From Alphaproteobacteria bacterium (GTDB lineage: Bacteria; Pseudomonadota; Alphaproteobacteria; Rickettsiales; UBA8987), in the NCBI GenBank assembly GCA_046302855.1, contig JBKCHH010000005.1, forward strand, positions 26 through 64,025: a stretch of DNA of 64,000 bases, in the 5' to 3' direction. Position 1 is the stretch's first letter, and each line of letters opens with the position of its first letter. The notes beneath the pieces were generated by a model. It saw only the letters and a list, made by a program, of their open reading frames with translations, had not been told where the DNA came from and searched no databases. The position numbers and the translations under genes were made by a program. This document shows, piece by piece, positions 48,231 to 57,073 of the stretch.

Positions 48231-49808
48231 ATGCGAAGAATTTACCTTTATGATACTACTTTAAGAGATGGCGCCCAAACCAAGGGGATAGATTTTTCCT
48301 TAACCGATAAGCTCTCAATTATAAAAAAACTGGATGGATTTGGCATAGACTATATTGAGGCTGGCTTTCCCACTGCTAATGAAACTGATGATGCTTTATT
48401 TGCTAATTTGCCAAAAACCAAAAAATCTAATATCGTAGCCTTTGGTATGACCCATAGGGCAGATGTTAAGGTTGATAAGGATGAGCGGCTAAATAAGCTC
48501 GCAAAACTAAAGGCTAAAAAAGTTTGTATTTTTGGCAAGTCTTGGGATTTTCACCTAAAGGAAGATTTAAAAATTTCACCACAAAAAAACTTAGAGATTA
48601 TAGAAAATTCCGTTTTATACCTTGTGCAACACAAAAAAGAGGTAATTTTTGATGCTGAACATTTTTTTGATGGTTATAAATCCAACCCCTCTTATGCTCT
48701 GCAGGTAATAGAATTAGCCTTTAAGGCGGGTGCTAGATGGATTTCTTTATGCGATACTAACGGTGGCACCTTGCCTAATGAAATATTTGAAATCGTATCA
48801 AAAGTAAGCCGTGTAATTGATGGGGAAAATTTGGCAATCCACTGCCATAATGATACAGAAAATGCGGTTGCCAATTCACTTTCCGCCATTCAAGCCGGTG
48901 CTTGCCAAGTGCAGGGAACAATAAATGGTTATGGGGAAAGGTGTGGTAATGCCAATTTAATTTCCATAATCCCCTCTCTAAAATATAAAATGAAGCTGGA
49001 TGTTGGTATAAAAAATCTAGAAGATTTAAGCGAAATTTCGCAGTGGTTTGAAACCAAGCTAAATCAAGCCCATATTAATAATAGACCCTATGTTGGCAAG
49101 GATGCCTTTGCTCACAAGGGTGGTGTGCATGGCTCAGCGGTGAAAAAAAATCCCAAACTTTATGAACATATAGAGCCAGAATTAATAGGTAATGAAAGAG
49201 AGGTGGTAATTTCTAACCAAGCAGGCAAGGCTAGTTTTATTGAAAGGCTAAAGGGCGTGGGGTTGAAAATAGACTTCGATGCAAAAGAAAATAAAGCAAA
49301 GCTAGAAGAATTAGTGAGGCTTGTAAAAAATCTAGACCAAAAGGGCTACGCTTACGATAATGCTAATGCCAGTTTTGCGATTCTAGCAAAAAAGCACTTC
49401 GACCAGTTAAAAACCTTTTTTGAGCTAAAAAACTTTCGCGTAATTGTAGAAAAAAGGGTAAATGCTAATGGGGAATTGGTTACCTTTTCAGAAGCCAAAA
49501 TTAAACTAAAGGTAGGTAAAGAAGTTATTTTAGATATGGCAGAAGGGATTGGACCGGTAGATTCAATATACAAGGTATTATCTAAAACTTTAGTTAATAA
49601 GTATAAAATATTGAATAATATAAGTTTAATTGATTACAAGGTTCGCATAATTACCCCAGAAAAGGCAACGGAAGCAATCACCCGTGTGGAGATAGTATTT
49701 TTAAATAACAAGACCAATAAAAACTTTACCACCATTGGCGTATCTGAAAACATAATCGATGCCTCTTACAACGCCATAGCCGATGCCTTTAACTTTGTTT
49801 TGGGGTGA
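48231..49808 (+). CDS. cimA: citramalate synthase (isopropylmalate/citramalate synthase family)
   Basis: 525 aa. LYDTTLRDGAQTKGIDFS, HCHNDTENAVANSL, and a C-terminal LeuA-dimer-type regulatory domain. Confidence 0.8.
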   Translation: MRRIYLYDTTLRDGAQTKGIDFSLTDKLSIIKKLDGFGIDYIEAGFPTANETDDALFANLPKTKKSNIVAFGMTHRADVKVDKDERLNKLAKLKAKKVCIFGKSWDFHLKEDLKISPQKNLEIIENSVLYLVQHKKEVIFDAEHFFDGYKSNPSYALQVIELAFKAGARWISLCDTNGGTLPNEIFEIVSKVSRVIDGENLAIHCHNDTENAVANSLSAIQAGACQVQGTINGYGERCGNANLISIIPSLKYKMKLDVGIKNLEDLSEISQWFETKLNQAHINNRPYVGKDAFAHKGGVHGSAVKKNPKLYEHIEPELIGNEREVVISNQAGKASFIERLKGVGLKIDFDAKENKAKLEELVRLVKNLDQKGYAYDNANASFAILAKKHFDQLKTFFELKNFRVIVEKRVNANGELVTFSEAKIKLKVGKEVILDMAEGIGPVDSIYKVLSKTLVNKYKILNNISLIDYKVRIITPEKATEAITRVEIVFLNNKTNKNFTTIGVSENIIDASYNAIADAFNFVLG

Positions 49809-50012
49809 TTATGGGGAGCGAATACTAGGTGTAAAACCATAAACGGTAGCTCATTTAAAACAAGCACAATGGTTCTATTTCAATTCAACAGAGCCGAATT
49901 TCATATATTAGACTTCTTTCGTAACTATAAGTATCTCCCCTGTTTATTGCATTGATTTTAAAAGACTTTTTGAATAATTTTTACTTAATAATTTTTTGAA
50001 GAAAAATTATAT

Positions 50013-50080
50013 GCCCGCCCCTAATTTGCTGAAGGCAAATAGGGGCAGTGGGGGCGGGCACTTCTCAAAGGTTTTTTTTT
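50013..50080. terminator. long G+C-rich imperfect hairpin with flanking T-runs at left border of the island
   Basis: gcccgcccctaatttgc-tgaag-gcaaatagggg-(cagtg)-ggggcgggc. A T9 run lies 12 nt downstream on plus, and there is T-rich sequence on minus. The strand served is unclear. Confidence 0.35.
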
Positions 50081-50116
50081 AAGAAATAGCTTAGGTTATG
50101 AAAGAAGTCTATTACT

Positions 50117-50160
50117 CCAGTCCGCCTTCGCCAAGGCTTCGGCGAGACACTCGCTTTTGC
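50117..50160. repeat. fragment of a palindromic-element arm
   Basis: Reverse complement gcgagtgtctcgccgaagccttggcgaaggcggac closely matches the right arm of the 56906..57056 copy. No terminal inverted repeat is retained. Confidence 0.6.
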
Positions 50161-50228
50161 AACTCCGCACCAAAGGTGCGGGCAAAATCGGTGGTGGCGC
50201 AAGAAACTAACTCAGCTACTCATGCTGT

Positions 50229-50258
50229 GTATTTTTCCCTGAGAACAGGGAAAAATAC
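50229..50258. repeat. perfect 13-bp inverted repeat
   Basis: gtatttttccctg-agaa-cagggaaaaatac, followed by a third half-site cagggaaaatt. About 150 nt downstream of the CocE/NonD gene. Confidence 0.7.
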
Positions 50259-50404
50259 AGGGAAAATTCAAATTATAGCATCATGTTTTAGTATAGTTCT
50301 TAACAAAACAAAAATAACTACAATTTAACCTCTAGTCTATATAGCCAACATCTTAGTTTTTAAGTTCGTTTAATTTTTTATACCATTCCCAAGGGCGCTT
50401 GCCG

Positions 50405-52195
50405 CTAAAACTTAATTTCTCTACTTTCTGGAATAACCGGCAATATAAGTTGCGATGGGTATTCTTTTGTGTGAAAAATTTTCTGCTTGGCAACTTTTGA
50501 TTTAGTAGCAGTAGGTATGAATTCCCCCGTATTAAGGTTGCGATCATAGCGGGGGAAATTGCTACTTGATACTTCCAGCCTTATTTTATGCCCTTTTAAG
50601 AAAACATTACTGGTTGGCCATAGCTCTATTTCAATTTTAGTGGGCGCATTGCCATTAGATGCTTTGTAGGTTTGGCGTAATATTCCATCTGAAAGATTAT
50701 ACGCCAAGCCATCGGGGTGAACATCTACTAGCTTTGCGGTGAAATCTGTTGATGGCGCATCGGTTGAAACGTAGAGTATGGCTTTAATTGGGCCCGTTAC
50801 CTCAATTTTTTTAGATAACGCTGCGGTGGTGTAGACCAACACATCTGGTCGTTCTTCAATTGTATTTTGAAGTTCAATTCCTGCTCTATTACTTAACATC
50901 GCTCCCCCAGCTGTAGGTACTGGATTAGTGGGGTCATAAATATATGCATCATGTTCAGCTTTATCGTTAGTTGAAGAAATACTCAAAAAGCCATCACCAT
51001 TTAGAGTGTTCGCTTTGCCGTTACTGTGCAGATAAAATGGAACATATTTTGTGCGAGCTAATGGCCACTGGTTTTCATCACGCCAGCGATTTTCCCCCAT
51101 AACAAAAATCTTTACCTTTGGCATATTTAGTGGCGCGTTCGTTATACCCAGCACATAATCAAACCATGCGATGCTTTGGGTAACGCTTTGACTTCGGTAT
51201 GGCACTTCTTCATTTGAATTTGGCAGCTTTACAGATTTAGCATGTCCCCACGGTCCAATAACTAGGCGTGTTTCTTTGGCAACAGATGGTTTCGCCTTGG
51301 TGGCAATGGTGCTAAAATCTTCAAGTTGCGTGGGCAAGAATGGATCAAACCAACCAGCCATAAGTAATACGGGGGCCTGAATTGTTTGGGCTCTATGCTC
51401 ACCATCAATTTTTTTCCAATAATCATTTTTTTGAGTATTTAATGCCCAGTCATTGAAGAAATTCGTATCGCCAATAGCTTCATCATCAGCTTCAATAGTC
51501 GGCAAGTGATTTACACCACGGTCTAAATCTTTAAGATCAACATCCCTATCTTTTTTGCCACGACTGCGTATTGCCCAATTGATAGCGCTTTCCAGCGAGA
51601 AGGCATTTCCTGGATAAAACATTTTATAAAAATTGCTGCTGGCAATTTGTATAAAAAAAGCATTTACGCTTGGATTTTTTTGATCAGCAACTGCCCACTG
51701 GGTATAGCCAAATGCAGAGCCACCCCACATGGCAAGGCGTCCGTTATACCAAGGCTGGCTTGCTACCCATTTAAGGGTTTGAATTCCATCTTCGCGTTCA
51801 TGCATCAGCGGATAAAATTCACCGCCAGATTTATATCTACCACGTGTACCTTGTAGTACTACCGTGTAACCTCTGCTCGCCCAGTAACGCGCGATAATGC
51901 CAGAGCGCGCCTGATTACTAATGGTATCACTAAGCGGAATTCGTACTAAAATTGTTGGGGTTTTTTTAAGTCCTTTTGGGTGATATATATCCGCCACCAA
52001 TTTAACCCCATCACTGGTTTTAAAGCTAATTGTTTCCTTCGTTACACTATAATCTGCTTGCCGCACACCTTCCGAAGAAAGTAAAAATTTATTTGCAACA
52101 AAATCAGTGGTAATCGCACAGCCAGAAAGCACTAAAATAACAGTTGCCAGTTTTATGGCATTGAAAGTACGTTTTGTTAATTTTAAAATGTCCAA
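50405..52195 (-). CDS. CocE/NonD-family (S15 X-Pro dipeptidyl-peptidase-like) alpha/beta hydrolase, lipoprotein
   Basis: 596 aa. Lipobox VLSGCA. GYTVVLQGTRGRYKSGGEF. Nucleophile elbow WGGSAFGY. C-terminal WPTSNVFLKGHKIRLEVSSSNFPRYDRNLNTG. Confidence 0.8.
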   Translation of the reverse strand: MDILKLTKRTFNAIKLATVILVLSGCAITTDFVANKFLLSSEGVRQADYSVTKETISFKTSDGVKLVADIYHPKGLKKTPTILVRIPLSDTISNQARSGIIARYWASRGYTVVLQGTRGRYKSGGEFYPLMHEREDGIQTLKWVASQPWYNGRLAMWGGSAFGYTQWAVADQKNPSVNAFFIQIASSNFYKMFYPGNAFSLESAINWAIRSRGKKDRDVDLKDLDRGVNHLPTIEADDEAIGDTNFFNDWALNTQKNDYWKKIDGEHRAQTIQAPVLLMAGWFDPFLPTQLEDFSTIATKAKPSVAKETRLVIGPWGHAKSVKLPNSNEEVPYRSQSVTQSIAWFDYVLGITNAPLNMPKVKIFVMGENRWRDENQWPLARTKYVPFYLHSNGKANTLNGDGFLSISSTNDKAEHDAYIYDPTNPVPTAGGAMLSNRAGIELQNTIEERPDVLVYTTAALSKKIEVTGPIKAILYVSTDAPSTDFTAKLVDVHPDGLAYNLSDGILRQTYKASNGNAPTKIEIELWPTSNVFLKGHKIRLEVSSSNFPRYDRNLNTGEFIPTATKSKVAKQKIFHTKEYPSQLILPVIPESREIKF

Positions 52196-53271
52196 TTTAA
52201 CCCCAACCCTTTGATGTTATTTTCGCCTAAATTCACCATTCCTTTTTTACCAAACATGATGGGGCTATCATTAATATCGTGTTCTAACAGGTGCGTACCA
52301 TAAGCGCCTTCCTGAGCGATTAGGATGTCACGATATGCATTTGCCAAAGATATAGCTACTCGCGTTAAGATGCTGGTTTCGCCAACTTGTGCGCCGATGA
52401 TGAATTTAATGCCGCGTTTCCTGCATTCTTCCGCTATATCAAGTGAGCGAAGCAACCCACCCATTTTTGAAATGCGAATGTTGGGTATCCAAATGTTGGA
52501 ATCGCCTGATAAATGGTCAAGGTCTGCAATTTTTAAAAAACTCTCATCCAGAATAATTTTGCAGCCCAAATGTTCTGCCAGTGTTTTTAAGCCCACATAA
52601 TCACTAATTTTTATTGGTTCTTCAACTGCCCAAAAATATTTGGCAATAGAAGATAAATAAGTGATTGCTTCATCTGCATTATTCCATAAATTATTTGCAT
52701 CCAGCCTTATTTTAGCACTTGGTAGTGTGGTGCTAATGGCTTTGATATTTGCTTTATCAATAGAGGCATCACCAGAGATTTTCACCTTGAAATCATTAAA
52801 ACCAATCTGAATATATTGCGCCAGCTGCGCCGCAAAAACTTTGGGGTTAGATATACCAAGCACGGCGGTGTAATGAAAGCTGCCCTGAATTTCTGGAATA
52901 CCCAACACCGCTTCAATAGATTTATTTTCTAGTTTGCCAAGCAAATCAAGAATTGCCGTTTCTATGGCGCACCAAGCGGCAGGGTTTTTGTCAATAGCGG
53001 GTTGGTTGGCAGATATAAACCTTTTCAGTGAATCAATACCATCTACTTTTACTATGTCATGATGGTGGTTTGCGATAAAATCCATGCATGATTTTATACT
53101 CTCACCCGTAACATAACTGCGTGGGCAGCCCTCACCATAGACAATTACACCACTTTCTGAATAGGCTAGTGCTATTATAGTTTCTGTTTTAGTTCTCTGC
53201 GCTGATGCGTGCTTGAATGAAACACGAAACGGTATTTCCAGTTTCTTTAGTTCTATTTTTTTTAATTTCAT
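52183..53271 (-). CDS. enolase-superfamily enzyme, muconate-lactonizing-enzyme subgroup (dipeptide epimerase / N-acylamino acid racemase-like)
   Basis: 362 aa. FKVKI (KxK), RLDANNLW, VEEPI, ILDESF and RISKMGG give the MLE-subgroup ligand/base pattern. ATGA overlap with the GH3 gene. Confidence 0.75.
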   Translation of the reverse strand: MKLKKIELKKLEIPFRVSFKHASAQRTKTETIIALAYSESGVIVYGEGCPRSYVTGESIKSCMDFIANHHHDIVKVDGIDSLKRFISANQPAIDKNPAAWCAIETAILDLLGKLENKSIEAVLGIPEIQGSFHYTAVLGISNPKVFAAQLAQYIQIGFNDFKVKISGDASIDKANIKAISTTLPSAKIRLDANNLWNNADEAITYLSSIAKYFWAVEEPIKISDYVGLKTLAEHLGCKIILDESFLKIADLDHLSGDSNIWIPNIRISKMGGLLRSLDIAEECRKRGIKFIIGAQVGETSILTRVAISLANAYRDILIAQEGAYGTHLLEHDINDSPIMFGKKGMVNLGENNIKGLGLNWTF

Positions 53272-54944
53272 GGCTGTATATGCTCCTGAAATGGAAATTG
53301 TACATCGGCGCGGTATTGCAATTTTATCACCTTAAATTGCCCTTCGCGTTGTCCCGCTTTAATGCAAAGTGATTTATAGGCTTCAAGCGTTCCTTTTTTT
53401 AAGCGTTTTACATCCGCAAACTTTATTCTGCCGCTTTGTGCTTTTGATAGATATTCAATATTTAGCTCACCTAGATGGGAATTTAGTTGTTGTGCGAAAC
53501 TTAAAACATCAAATTTATCTGCTGATTCAATGTAAAGCGTATATGAGAAATCTTGCTGATCAGCCAGCATCATAAAGAATTCAGGCGTGATATTATGGGC
53601 TTTTGCAGCTTCGGTAGCGGCAGTAATTACTTGGCTTTCATAAAGCTTTTCACCTGTAAAACTGGTAACACCTTTGCCTTTTTGCACAAAAGCGATAGTT
53701 GGAGTATTTTGGTAACGGCCTGTAACTTCAATAATATCATTGATAAAATAGCGGTAGAGTCCATTTGACGTAGTGACGATGATGTAGTATTTTTTGCCCA
53801 TCTCTAGCTGCGACAGTAGTAAGATTTTCTTATTACCACCATCCCAACTTTCCACTTGCGCAAATTCGAAGAAATTATCCTGCAATGTAGGAATACCAAG
53901 GTTACGCTCACAATCAATAGTGATAGTTCCTCTAAATTCGCTTGAAAGATAGCCCATTTCAACAATTTTTGTTTCGGGTAATAGTTGTTTTTTTAGTTTT
54001 GGTATTAATAGTGCGCAGTTACCACTTGTCCAGGTTACAACACCTTGCAAATTCGGCCATATATCAGTAAAATGCAAATTTCCTTTATTTTTTTTAAGCA
54101 ATTTAAGTGCTTTTGCCCTTTGTGGATCAGGTGTAGCATAGTCTGCAAATTGCTGTTTCTGCTTGCTATTTAGCGTAACATTAAGCGCATCAAAATTGCC
54201 TGTTTCTATAAATTCTATTATTGCATCGCCTTGTTGCTGAATTATTTCGCTAAGGCGAATTAATGTGGATGGGTTTGCAGTGCCTATACAAGAAATATAA
54301 TCTTCACGCATTGCAAATGCTGCCATAAGGCTATACTTTGTCTCATAATTTTCAATTTCAAATACTGCAGGTTTTAAGACATATTTTGAAAAAATAATAT
54401 CTGGCATGTTTTCATAGATTAGCCCTGACATTGAGCCATAAGGCGTTTCATCACTTAAATGCCCTTCGATGGCGGGGCTGACAATAGCCAAAATTTTACC
54501 AGAAAAAATTTTAGGAATATCTCGGTACTGTATAAATGAAAAAATACGCTGGGCGCGTTTGTATGAATTAATCGTGCCTTTTAAAATAGGAATATATTTA
54601 GGTTTGCCCGTAGTGCCGCTTGTTTGTGCATACATTAGTGGTTTTTCGGGAACGATAGCGAAATCACCTGTTGTAATTTGCTTTTCAATGTATGGGCGCA
54701 AGTCTTCATAGGTATGCACGGGAACGCTTTTAATGAAATCTCCTACATTACGGATAGAGGAAAAATTATAATGCTTACCAAACTCAGTGTTTTTATTTTG
54801 TTTTAGTATGCGCCTAAAAATATCTTTTTGGCATTTATCTGGATTACGAGCATTACTAATAAGCGAACGCAAAAGAATATGCTTCACCAGCAGCATTTTT
54901 AGCCACATTAAACTATTGGTGATTTTTTGTTTGCGATAACTCAT
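53268..54944 (-). CDS. GH3-family acyl-acid amido synthetase (adenylate-forming)
   Basis: 558 aa. YAQTSGTTGKPKYIP, GYLSSEFRG, GLYRYFINDIIEVTG. ATGA overlaps at both ends. Confidence 0.8.
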   Translation of the reverse strand: MSYRKQKITNSLMWLKMLLVKHILLRSLISNARNPDKCQKDIFRRILKQNKNTEFGKHYNFSSIRNVGDFIKSVPVHTYEDLRPYIEKQITTGDFAIVPEKPLMYAQTSGTTGKPKYIPILKGTINSYKRAQRIFSFIQYRDIPKIFSGKILAIVSPAIEGHLSDETPYGSMSGLIYENMPDIIFSKYVLKPAVFEIENYETKYSLMAAFAMREDYISCIGTANPSTLIRLSEIIQQQGDAIIEFIETGNFDALNVTLNSKQKQQFADYATPDPQRAKALKLLKKNKGNLHFTDIWPNLQGVVTWTSGNCALLIPKLKKQLLPETKIVEMGYLSSEFRGTITIDCERNLGIPTLQDNFFEFAQVESWDGGNKKILLLSQLEMGKKYYIIVTTSNGLYRYFINDIIEVTGRYQNTPTIAFVQKGKGVTSFTGEKLYESQVITAATEAAKAHNITPEFFMMLADQQDFSYTLYIESADKFDVLSFAQQLNSHLGELNIEYLSKAQSGRIKFADVKRLKKGTLEAYKSLCIKAGQREGQFKVIKLQYRADVQFPFQEHIQP

Positions 54945-55828
54945 TTCGCTTTATCAATACCTTTAATAAACGGGGTTTTCATTTGGGTTATAAAGTCATA
55001 AGGATAGTTTCTGTTCAGTAGCCCAAGGTCGCCAACTTTCCTTTCTTTCGGGTAAAAAAAGGTACCGAACAAAATATCCCACACAATAACATTGTTACCA
55101 TAATTACTGTTAGATTCTTTAATGGTTTTAGAGTGGTGCCAGCGATGCAGCTCAGGACCACTGATGATATAGTTCAGCCAGCCCAGTTTAGTATCAACAT
55201 TACTGTGCTGAAAAAATCCTTTAATGGAATATACCACAAAATAAAGCGTCAGCACTTGTTCTGATACTCCAAGCAAGATGAATGGCAGCGCATCACAAAG
55301 AAATTGCAGTGATTTATCGATGGGGTGGAATCTGCCCACATTCAGCCAATATAACTTTTGCACCGAATGATGCACGGCATGAACACGCCAAAGCGGGATC
55401 CACATATGCGAGGCGCGGTGCAGCCAGTAACGAAGAAAATCGGCTAAAAACATCATAAGTAGCATCTGTAACCATACTGGCCAGGTGTGTGGCCATAAGC
55501 CTGTTAGTTCAAGTCCATATGCCTTTGCAAACGATACCAAATATACAGCTGTGAGTATGGTTAAAAGTTTCGGCAACACCACTTGTATAAGTAGCATGAA
55601 TGCAAGGTCGGTCTTGATTTCACTGCGATTAGGAAGCCATTCTTTTCGGTAAGGCAAAACAATCTCAAACAACGTAATTAGGCCAAGCCCGCCAATAACA
55701 CCTGCTGTAAAGCTGCTTAAGGTAAAACTTACCCCATAATGAATCAGTCCATAATACAGCCCAAGGCTTACCGCCATAACCGCTGGATACACCGTCCAAG
55801 TTAGAATATTTCTGATTTTGTTATTCAT
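54941..55828 (-). CDS. fatty acid hydroxylase superfamily (sterol desaturase-like) membrane di-iron enzyme
   Basis: About 295 aa from ATG 55828 (MNNKIRN), which overlaps the upstream stop by 8 nt. His boxes HRASH, HAVHH, HRWHH. Four or more TM spans. Confidence 0.8.
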   Translation of the reverse strand: MNNKIRNILTWTVYPAVMAVSLGLYYGLIHYGVSFTLSSFTAGVIGGLGLITLFEIVLPYRKEWLPNRSEIKTDLAFMLLIQVVLPKLLTILTAVYLVSFAKAYGLELTGLWPHTWPVWLQMLLMMFLADFLRYWLHRASHMWIPLWRVHAVHHSVQKLYWLNVGRFHPIDKSLQFLCDALPFILLGVSEQVLTLYFVVYSIKGFFQHSNVDTKLGWLNYIISGPELHRWHHSKTIKESNSNYGNNVIVWDILFGTFFYPKERKVGDLGLLNRNYPYDFITQMKTPFIKGIDKAK

Positions 55829-56267
55829 ACGCCCCCTTTTTATTACCATTTTTATAGTGAAAATGCCCAACCAGCAAAAAGAATGATGCCAGCACGATAT
55901 GAAAGAATGCAGGAATATGCGCACCCAACCAAGGGTGGCTAGTTGCAAATGTGAACCCCGCAATTAGCCGAAGCACCATCACCACAAAATAGATGCCACC
56001 CAACGCAAGCATCCATATACCTAATTTGCGCCGCGCTAAAATGTGCCCCTTTACAAAACCAGCAATTACCCAAATCATAACAAGAATAATTAGAATTTGT
56101 GATACTAGCAGCCAAGGGTAAGCTAGCTTACCACTATACCACGCCTCAAACGGCGGTAAAAAAGGCAGGTTATAAAATTTCTGGATCAACTGCACAATAA
56201 CGCGGAAAACGAATAGAATAAAGCAAATGCAAAGCCAAAGGGTATAATGCGTAACAAAAGATTTCAT
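55821..56267 (-). CDS. 4-TM membrane protein with conserved-looking intramembrane His residues (unknown family)
   Basis: 148 aa. First gene of the block. His in or near TM segments (THYTLWL; HIPAFFHIVLASFFLLVGHFHY). Its layout loosely recalls b-type cytochrome subunits. Confidence 0.5.
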   Translation of the reverse strand: MKSFVTHYTLWLCICFILFVFRVIVQLIQKFYNLPFLPPFEAWYSGKLAYPWLLVSQILIILVMIWVIAGFVKGHILARRKLGIWMLALGGIYFVVMVLRLIAGFTFATSHPWLGAHIPAFFHIVLASFFLLVGHFHYKNGNKKGAYE

Positions 56268-56718
56268 ACTTATTATCCCGTTAACCTTATTGGCTTGCTT
56301 GTATTTTTTATCTATTCCAAGACTTTTTTAATGGCAATTATATCCGATTTTCATTTTCCTCACCCTAATACGCGAGACTATTTATGAGAAAATAATTGAA
56401 AAATGAGAATAATCAACTATTTTTGAAGTTGTATTTATTTGAATGTAAAAAGAAGAAATAAGTTATGATCCCGTGGTGTATACAAATCACAATTTAATCT
56501 GATATTTTAGTTCTTTTTTTACGGTTGTGGATAAGTTTTAAGGGTAAGGGCTCAAGCATTGTTGGTCTCGAAATTTCCCGGCTGATGTTTAGCGGTACGA
56601 ATAGGGCTGATTTCAAGACCATTAGTGGTCTGAGAAAAGATGCAATCGTTGAACCTCCCTGATTTCGCGCCAGTGTGACCGCAATTAAGAATATCGCTAC
56701 AAATCAATTAAGTCAATT

Positions 56719-56794
56719 ATGGTGGAGGATAGCGGACTCGAACCGCTGACGTCTTGCTTGCAAAGCAAGTGCTCTACCAACTGAGCTAATCCCC
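56719..56794 (-). tRNA. tRNA-Ala (anticodon UGC)
   Basis: 76 nt. Acceptor gggggat/atcctcc gives the G3:U70 pair. Anticodon loop uuUGCaa. Encoded CCA. Confidence 0.9.
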
Positions 56795-56905
56795 CAAAAA
56801 ATAATATATTTATGTGATATATGTAGGGGGGTCTTTAAATGTAATATAATAAATAGTCAATAATAAACCTATTTATTTGTGGGGGGGGGGTGCTAAAGGA
56901 AAATC

Positions 56906-57056
56906 GTCATTGCTATTGACGCGAAGCGACAAAGCAATTGTCCAAAAACAAGGCAGAGCTTGGATAACAGACAAGTTTTTGCAAGAAACGCCTTTGTTGT
57001 GGATTGCCGCGTCGTCCGCCTACGCTAAGGCTTCGGCGAGACTTCCTCGCAATGAC
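56906..57056. repeat. palindromic element, type A core with type B-like extended right arm
   Basis: gtcattgctattgacgcgaagcgacaaagcaat...ggcagagcttgg...gtggattgccgcgtcgtccgcctacgctaaggcttcggcgagacttcctcgcaatgac. Confidence 0.85.
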
Positions 57057-57073
57057 GAATATCGGAACAAAAC

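Noticed and set aside
50190-50225. D-arm-like string (tagctgagttagt on the minus strand) as a tRNA-Ala remnant marking the far att site
   Set aside because: It resembles the 5' part of a tRNA, whereas displaced att copies should match the 3' end. Similarity beyond 13 nt is poor.
56540-56700. G+C-rich patch next to tRNA-Ala as a decayed integrase gene
   Set aside because: Hand translation of several frames gave no recognisable recombinase motifs and multiple stops. It is kept only as a low-confidence idea inside the island-border finding.
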